From Candidatus Bathyarchaeia archaeon (GTDB lineage: Archaea; Thermoproteota; Bathyarchaeia; Bathyarchaeales; Bathycorpusculaceae): 64,000 nt of DNA. The position numbers were made by a program, and so were the translations under genes. How positions within the stretch are numbered: the stretch's first letter is position 1; every line of letters starts with the position of its first letter. The stretch lies in contig JAVZLK010000003.1 in NCBI GenBank assembly GCA_038883795.1, positions 75,202-139,201 of the forward strand. Direction: 5' to 3'. Below are positions 59,576-64,000 of the stretch, one piece after another. The notes under the pieces are model-generated. The model made no database searches. It had not been told where the DNA came from and was given only the letters and a program-made list of their open reading frames with translations.

Positions 59576-60643
59576 TTGGAGAAGAGCATGGCACAGATTG
59601 ATAGAGAAAAGGAAGTGCTTTATTCCCAGCTTCGCTCCATAGAATCTGACCTTTCCAGCGCTTCTGGAGCAATAAGTGATGTGGAAAGCAAAATAGCTTA
59701 TGTTGAGGCTTCTATGGGTTCTCTTCCAAGCAGACTTATGACTGTTAGGGGGCGAGGCTATGCAGCTATGGGGCATCTTGAAAAAAGCATAGACTTACTA
59801 ACCAAAAAGTGGACGGAAACTGCTCCAACCATTAAACAAGCATTTCTAAACAGCGTCCAACCATTAACCACCCAAATTCGAGCATTACAAGCAGAAACTC
59901 AGAGATTGCGAACAGAAATAAACAGTGGCAATATTGGTTTTAGTCATTCCTTGGCCAGTCGCTTATCCATCGAAACCTCTTCTATAAAAATGAGAGCCAA
60001 TATAGAAGCAGGAAAAGTGAGCACACCCCTTAACGAGTTCATTTCAAGCGTCAACGCCATAGACAGAGATCTAAAAGTGGCTGAAAAAACCATGGAACTA
60101 TTTTCACTAGCAACTTTCCCACTAAAACAAGAAGAAAGTCCAGTTTTGGCAATTGAAGGAAGAATCATGACCGGAGAAAAAAGCGAGGGAACCTTATACT
60201 TCACAAATCAAAGGTTTATTTTCGAAGGAAAGAAAGAGGTTGTATTGGAGAAGAAATTCTTCATAGCCACGAAAAAGAAGATTGAAAGAACAGTCTTAAT
60301 AGAACAGCCCATTGGCGCCCTACAAGAAATATCTAAAGGCAGAGTGGGTTTATTGGCTTGGACTGGAATCTACATTCGCTTCAAACCAGAACGTGGTTTA
60401 GCAGAGACGCCTTTCGACGTGAAGGGGTGGGAAGCCGACATAATAACAAGATTCTTCAGCTACATAATTGGCGGAGAAGCGGATAGAGACATAGCCTCAA
60501 TAAGAGGAACCATGGTTAAGGAAGCGCCTACAATACAACTTGTCCGATGTCCCCATTGCGGTGCACCCTACACTCGTGAGATTTATAAGGGAGAAACATC
60601 TGTGAAGTGCGAGTACTGCGGAACATTAATTATAATCCGTTAA
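59576..60643 (+). CDS. Coiled-coil, PH/GRAM-like and C-terminal Zn-ribbon protein
   Basis: Heptad-rich N-terminal half; GTLYFTNQRFIF PH/GRAM-like motif; CPHCG...CEYCG. Confidence 0.65.
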   Translation: MEKSMAQIDREKEVLYSQLRSIESDLSSASGAISDVESKIAYVEASMGSLPSRLMTVRGRGYAAMGHLEKSIDLLTKKWTETAPTIKQAFLNSVQPLTTQIRALQAETQRLRTEINSGNIGFSHSLASRLSIETSSIKMRANIEAGKVSTPLNEFISSVNAIDRDLKVAEKTMELFSLATFPLKQEESPVLAIEGRIMTGEKSEGTLYFTNQRFIFEGKKEVVLEKKFFIATKKKIERTVLIEQPIGALQEISKGRVGLLAWTGIYIRFKPERGLAETPFDVKGWEADIITRFFSYIIGGEADRDIASIRGTMVKEAPTIQLVRCPHCGAPYTREIYKGETSVKCEYCGTLIIIR

Positions 60644-60715
60644 GGGAAATTTTGTTAACTTCGGTTGCCTATTTATAACTTCTAATCACATTTACCTTTT
60701 AGACGTGAAAAGGGA

Positions 60716-62773
60716 ATGCAGCGAAAAAAAGAATTTACAAGCTTTGATGCGGCTGCCGTTGTTCGCGAGTTAAAAGATGTTATTGGAAATTCTCGTGTCA
60801 GCAACGTTTACCAGTTAAACTCCAAAACCCTACTTTTCAAATTGCATATACCTAACAAGCCAGCTTTGCATCTGGTTTTGGAGGCTGGAAGCCGTTTACA
60901 CTTAACTTCCTATGCCGCAGAAAAGCCTACCGTTCCTCCGGCTTTTTGCATGGCTTTGAGGAAATACTTGCGGAATGCCATTTTGGCAAGCGTTGAACAG
61001 CACGAGTTTGAGAGGGTTGTTGTTTTCGCTTTTAAAGGTAAATTGGGAGATTTGCGGCTTATTATGGAACTTTTTGGTGATGGCAACATCATTTTAGTCG
61101 ACGGTGAAGGCAAGATTCTCCAAGCTTTGGCATATAAGCGAATGAGAGACCGCAACATTCTCCGCAATGAAATATTCGTTTTCGCTCCTTCTAGCGGAAA
61201 AAATCCCTTTAAAGTGGGTAAAGAAGAGTTGACCAACACCCTAAGAAATTTTGGCAGCGTTGAAGTTGTTAGGGCTGTTGCACGTTTCCTAGGCATCGGT
61301 GGCATTTATGCTGAAGAAGTTTTGTTAAGGGCTGGAATAGAAAAAACTAAACCTTGCAATGAGTTAAGCGACTCTGAATTTCACATCCTTTTTGATTGCT
61401 TGCAGAATTTGCTTCGGCAAGTTTCTAATGGAAAACTGGAGCCATGCATTATTTTAAACGATAAAGGCGAGTTTATGGATGTTGTGCCTTTTAGGCTTAA
61501 ACGCTACGAGAAGCTGACACATCAGTTTTATGAAAGTTTTAACGAAGCCCTAGACGAATTTTATGCCAAAACTGAAGCCTTAGAGAAAACCAAAGTCAGC
61601 GCTAAAGTTGAGAAGTTAAAGCAAGAAGTGGAAAGGCTCAAGCGTGTCATCGAAAGCCAAGAAAAAGCTTTAGCCGAAGCGAAAAACGAGGCAGATATTA
61701 ACAAGCGTATTGGAGACACAATATACGCTTATGCAGGGGAATTGCAAGCTTTACTGGACAAATTTTCAAGTGGAAAAAAGACTGGCAAAGAATGGAACAG
61801 TATTGTTTCTGAAGTTTTGGCTGAAAAGAAAGCTGGAACAAAACCAAGCATATTTTTTGACTCTTTTGACGCTAAAGGCTTGGTGGTATATGTTTGTGTC
61901 GAAGGTTTAAAATTTGGTTTGGGCTTGCGGAAGAAATTGTTTGATGTTGCCGCCCAATTTTATGAAAGGAGCAAAAAGGCTAGGCAGAAGTTGGCTGGCG
62001 CCAAAACCGCCTTAGAAGAAACACACAAAAAATTAATGGAAATTGAAGCAGAGATTCGGGAAACAGAAGCTTTAGAACACGTCAAGCCTATTGAAGTTTT
62101 GGAAACCCTCGAGAAGCGCCGCGTTAAACGTAAGGAATGGTTTGAGAAGTTTAGATGGTTTAAATCCTCAGATGGCTTCTTAATTGTTGGAGGCAAAGAC
62201 GCCGTCAGCAATGAAGCCTTAATCAAGAAATATACGGAACCTACGGATATTGTCTTTCACGCAGATATAATTGGCGCCCCCTTCGTTATTATTAAAACTG
62301 AAGGAAAAGAACCAAGCGAACAATGCCTTAAAGAAGCCGCAGAATTCGCAGCCGCATACTCAAGGGGCTGGCGCGAAGGCTTCGCAACAATCGACGTTTA
62401 CTGGGTAAAACCAGAACAACTAAGCAAAACTGGGCCCTCAGGCGAATACGTGCCCCACGGAGCCTTTGTTGTAAGCGGAAAGAGAAACTGGATGCGCAAC
62501 ACTCCGCTAAAAATAGCTGTTGGTGTGGTTGAAGAAGATAGTGAAATAAGATTTGTTGGAGGACCCGTTGACGCTGTTACAGCAAAAACAAAAGTTTACG
62601 CTATAATTGTGCCGGGAGAGGAAAGCATCAAAGAGTTGTTTAGGCAAATTTTGAAGGTTTTAGCTGCAAAAATTCAGAAGGAATTGAAAGAGAAAATTTT
62701 GAAAGCTTCAGTTGAAGAAATAAGGGAGCTCATTCCCTTCGGCAGAGGCAGAATTTTGGCAAATAACCTTTAA
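60716..62773 (+). CDS. Ribosome quality-control factor Rqc2/NEMF (NFACT family)
   Basis: FCMALRKYL, ELFGDGNIIL, WFEKFRWF, GGKDAVSNE, FHAD..GAP and SGEYVPHGAFVVSG motifs. Confidence 0.93.
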   Translation: MQRKKEFTSFDAAAVVRELKDVIGNSRVSNVYQLNSKTLLFKLHIPNKPALHLVLEAGSRLHLTSYAAEKPTVPPAFCMALRKYLRNAILASVEQHEFERVVVFAFKGKLGDLRLIMELFGDGNIILVDGEGKILQALAYKRMRDRNILRNEIFVFAPSSGKNPFKVGKEELTNTLRNFGSVEVVRAVARFLGIGGIYAEEVLLRAGIEKTKPCNELSDSEFHILFDCLQNLLRQVSNGKLEPCIILNDKGEFMDVVPFRLKRYEKLTHQFYESFNEALDEFYAKTEALEKTKVSAKVEKLKQEVERLKRVIESQEKALAEAKNEADINKRIGDTIYAYAGELQALLDKFSSGKKTGKEWNSIVSEVLAEKKAGTKPSIFFDSFDAKGLVVYVCVEGLKFGLGLRKKLFDVAAQFYERSKKARQKLAGAKTALEETHKKLMEIEAEIRETEALEHVKPIEVLETLEKRRVKRKEWFEKFRWFKSSDGFLIVGGKDAVSNEALIKKYTEPTDIVFHADIIGAPFVIIKTEGKEPSEQCLKEAAEFAAAYSRGWREGFATIDVYWVKPEQLSKTGPSGEYVPHGAFVVSGKRNWMRNTPLKIAVGVVEEDSEIRFVGGPVDAVTAKTKVYAIIVPGEESIKELFRQILKVLAAKIQKELKEKILKASVEEIRELIPFGRGRILANNL

Positions 62774-62806
62774 TATTCTTATGCATTACATACTTTTAGA
62801 TTAATC

Positions 62807-63208
62807 ATGGGTTATATAAAAATCGAAGTTAAAATTCGCAACATTCATAAACCCGAACTTGGAGATGTTGCTGAATTATTGGTTGATACGGGTTCAATTT
62901 ATACGATTTTAAATAGTAAAAGACTTGAAAAGCTCGATGTGAAACCACGAGGAAAAAGGCGATTTAAAACAGCAGATGGAAGAATTATTGAGCGAGATGT
63001 TGGCGCAGCAGAAATTGAGGTTAAGGGCCAAAGCACCTATTCCATAGTAGTTTTTGGCAAAGAATCTGACGCTGAAGTTTTGGGCGTAACAACACTTGAG
63101 GAACTTGGATTACAAGTTGATCCGGTAACAGGAGAGCTAAAACCATTAGAACTCTTATTGCTTAAATTATTAATTGCTCCTCAACAATTAAACGCTTTAA
63201 AATTTTAA
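62807..63208 (+). CDS. Retropepsin-like (clan AA) aspartic protease
   Basis: LVDTGS catalytic motif, TADGR and LGVTTLEELGL.VDP..GEL. Confidence 0.88.
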   Translation: MGYIKIEVKIRNIHKPELGDVAELLVDTGSIYTILNSKRLEKLDVKPRGKRRFKTADGRIIERDVGAAEIEVKGQSTYSIVVFGKESDAEVLGVTTLEELGLQVDPVTGELKPLELLLLKLLIAPQQLNALKF

Positions 63209-63258
63209 AAATTTTAAATTTGCAATGCCAAGCTTGAAAGAAAAATCACCATTAGCTG

Positions 63259-63316
63259 AAAACCTATAGAGGTAGGTCTGCTATTGGCTTTTCCCGCAAC
63301 CAAAAACCTATAGAGG
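63259..63316. repeat. 14-bp direct repeat AAAACCTATAGAGG, two copies
   Basis: Copies at 63259-63272 and 63303-63316 (44-nt period). Confidence 0.75.
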
Positions 63317-63429
63317 GTATCCAATTTAGCAACACAGCAAATCATAAATTGATATTAAGTTTTTGGGCTTTGACGTTTATGGCGTTTTCCTTTCTCTTCC
63401 AGTCGGCAATGCAAGGCTATTTATTGCAT

Positions 63430-64000
<571 letters not shown>

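Noticed and set aside
610-62226. Numerous 60-180 aa antisense or alternative-frame ORFs in the track (e.g. 34031-34576, 39907-40425, 52223-52729)
   Set aside because: They overlap well-supported genes and show no recognisable motifs; treated as shadow ORFs.
62807-63208. Retroelement remnant, or pseudogene because of the extended C-terminus
   Set aside because: Stand-alone clan AA proteases are common in archaea, there is no RT or integrase, and the catalytic motif is intact.
63259-63316. CRISPR mini-array
   Set aside because: Only two 14-bp repeats, too short for CRISPR, and no cas genes in the window.

Overview
Gene-dense, low-GC archaeal chromosomal window of TACK type. Gene content and the 16S fragment best fit Bathyarchaeia; this is an inference, not a database result. 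In order it contains: DUF72 (partial) and a short XPF; an SmAP3/GlmU/phosphohexomutase/PfkB cluster; a complete type IV pilus locus (PibD-type peptidase, major pilin, five pilin-like proteins, TadC/FlaJ platform, ATPase) with an adjacent beta-helix/PKD/Ig-repeat surface protein; cofE; a surface-glycosylation island (two GT2 paralogs, a 1250-aa AftD/YfhO-like GT-C with CBM and discoidin modules, a methyltransferase, a Dpm1-like GT2 and two GT4s) surrounding a probable S-layer gene; divergent asnA and Lrp/AsnC genes; geranylgeranyl reductase and Dph6; a wHTH-KaiC-like ATPase coupled to a DNA ligase with an HTH-like extension; aKMT, Lhr, a polybasic GNAT and two tandem Zn-ribbon Cren7-like genes (one missed by the ORF track); signal peptidase, TBP, PyrE, LarA, Ard1, two-subunit fumarase, RadA, an EMC6-like protein, a coiled-coil/PH-like/Zn-ribbon protein, Rqc2 and an aspartic protease; and the 3' part of an apparently unlinked 16S rRNA gene. 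No CRISPR array, tRNA or mobile element was seen. The best candidates for undescribed biology are the ATPase-ligase pair, the AftD-like S-layer glycosylation module, the leaderless minor pilins, and the Zn-Cren7 pair with nearby modifying enzymes. All family calls come from motif recognition by eye; no searches were run.
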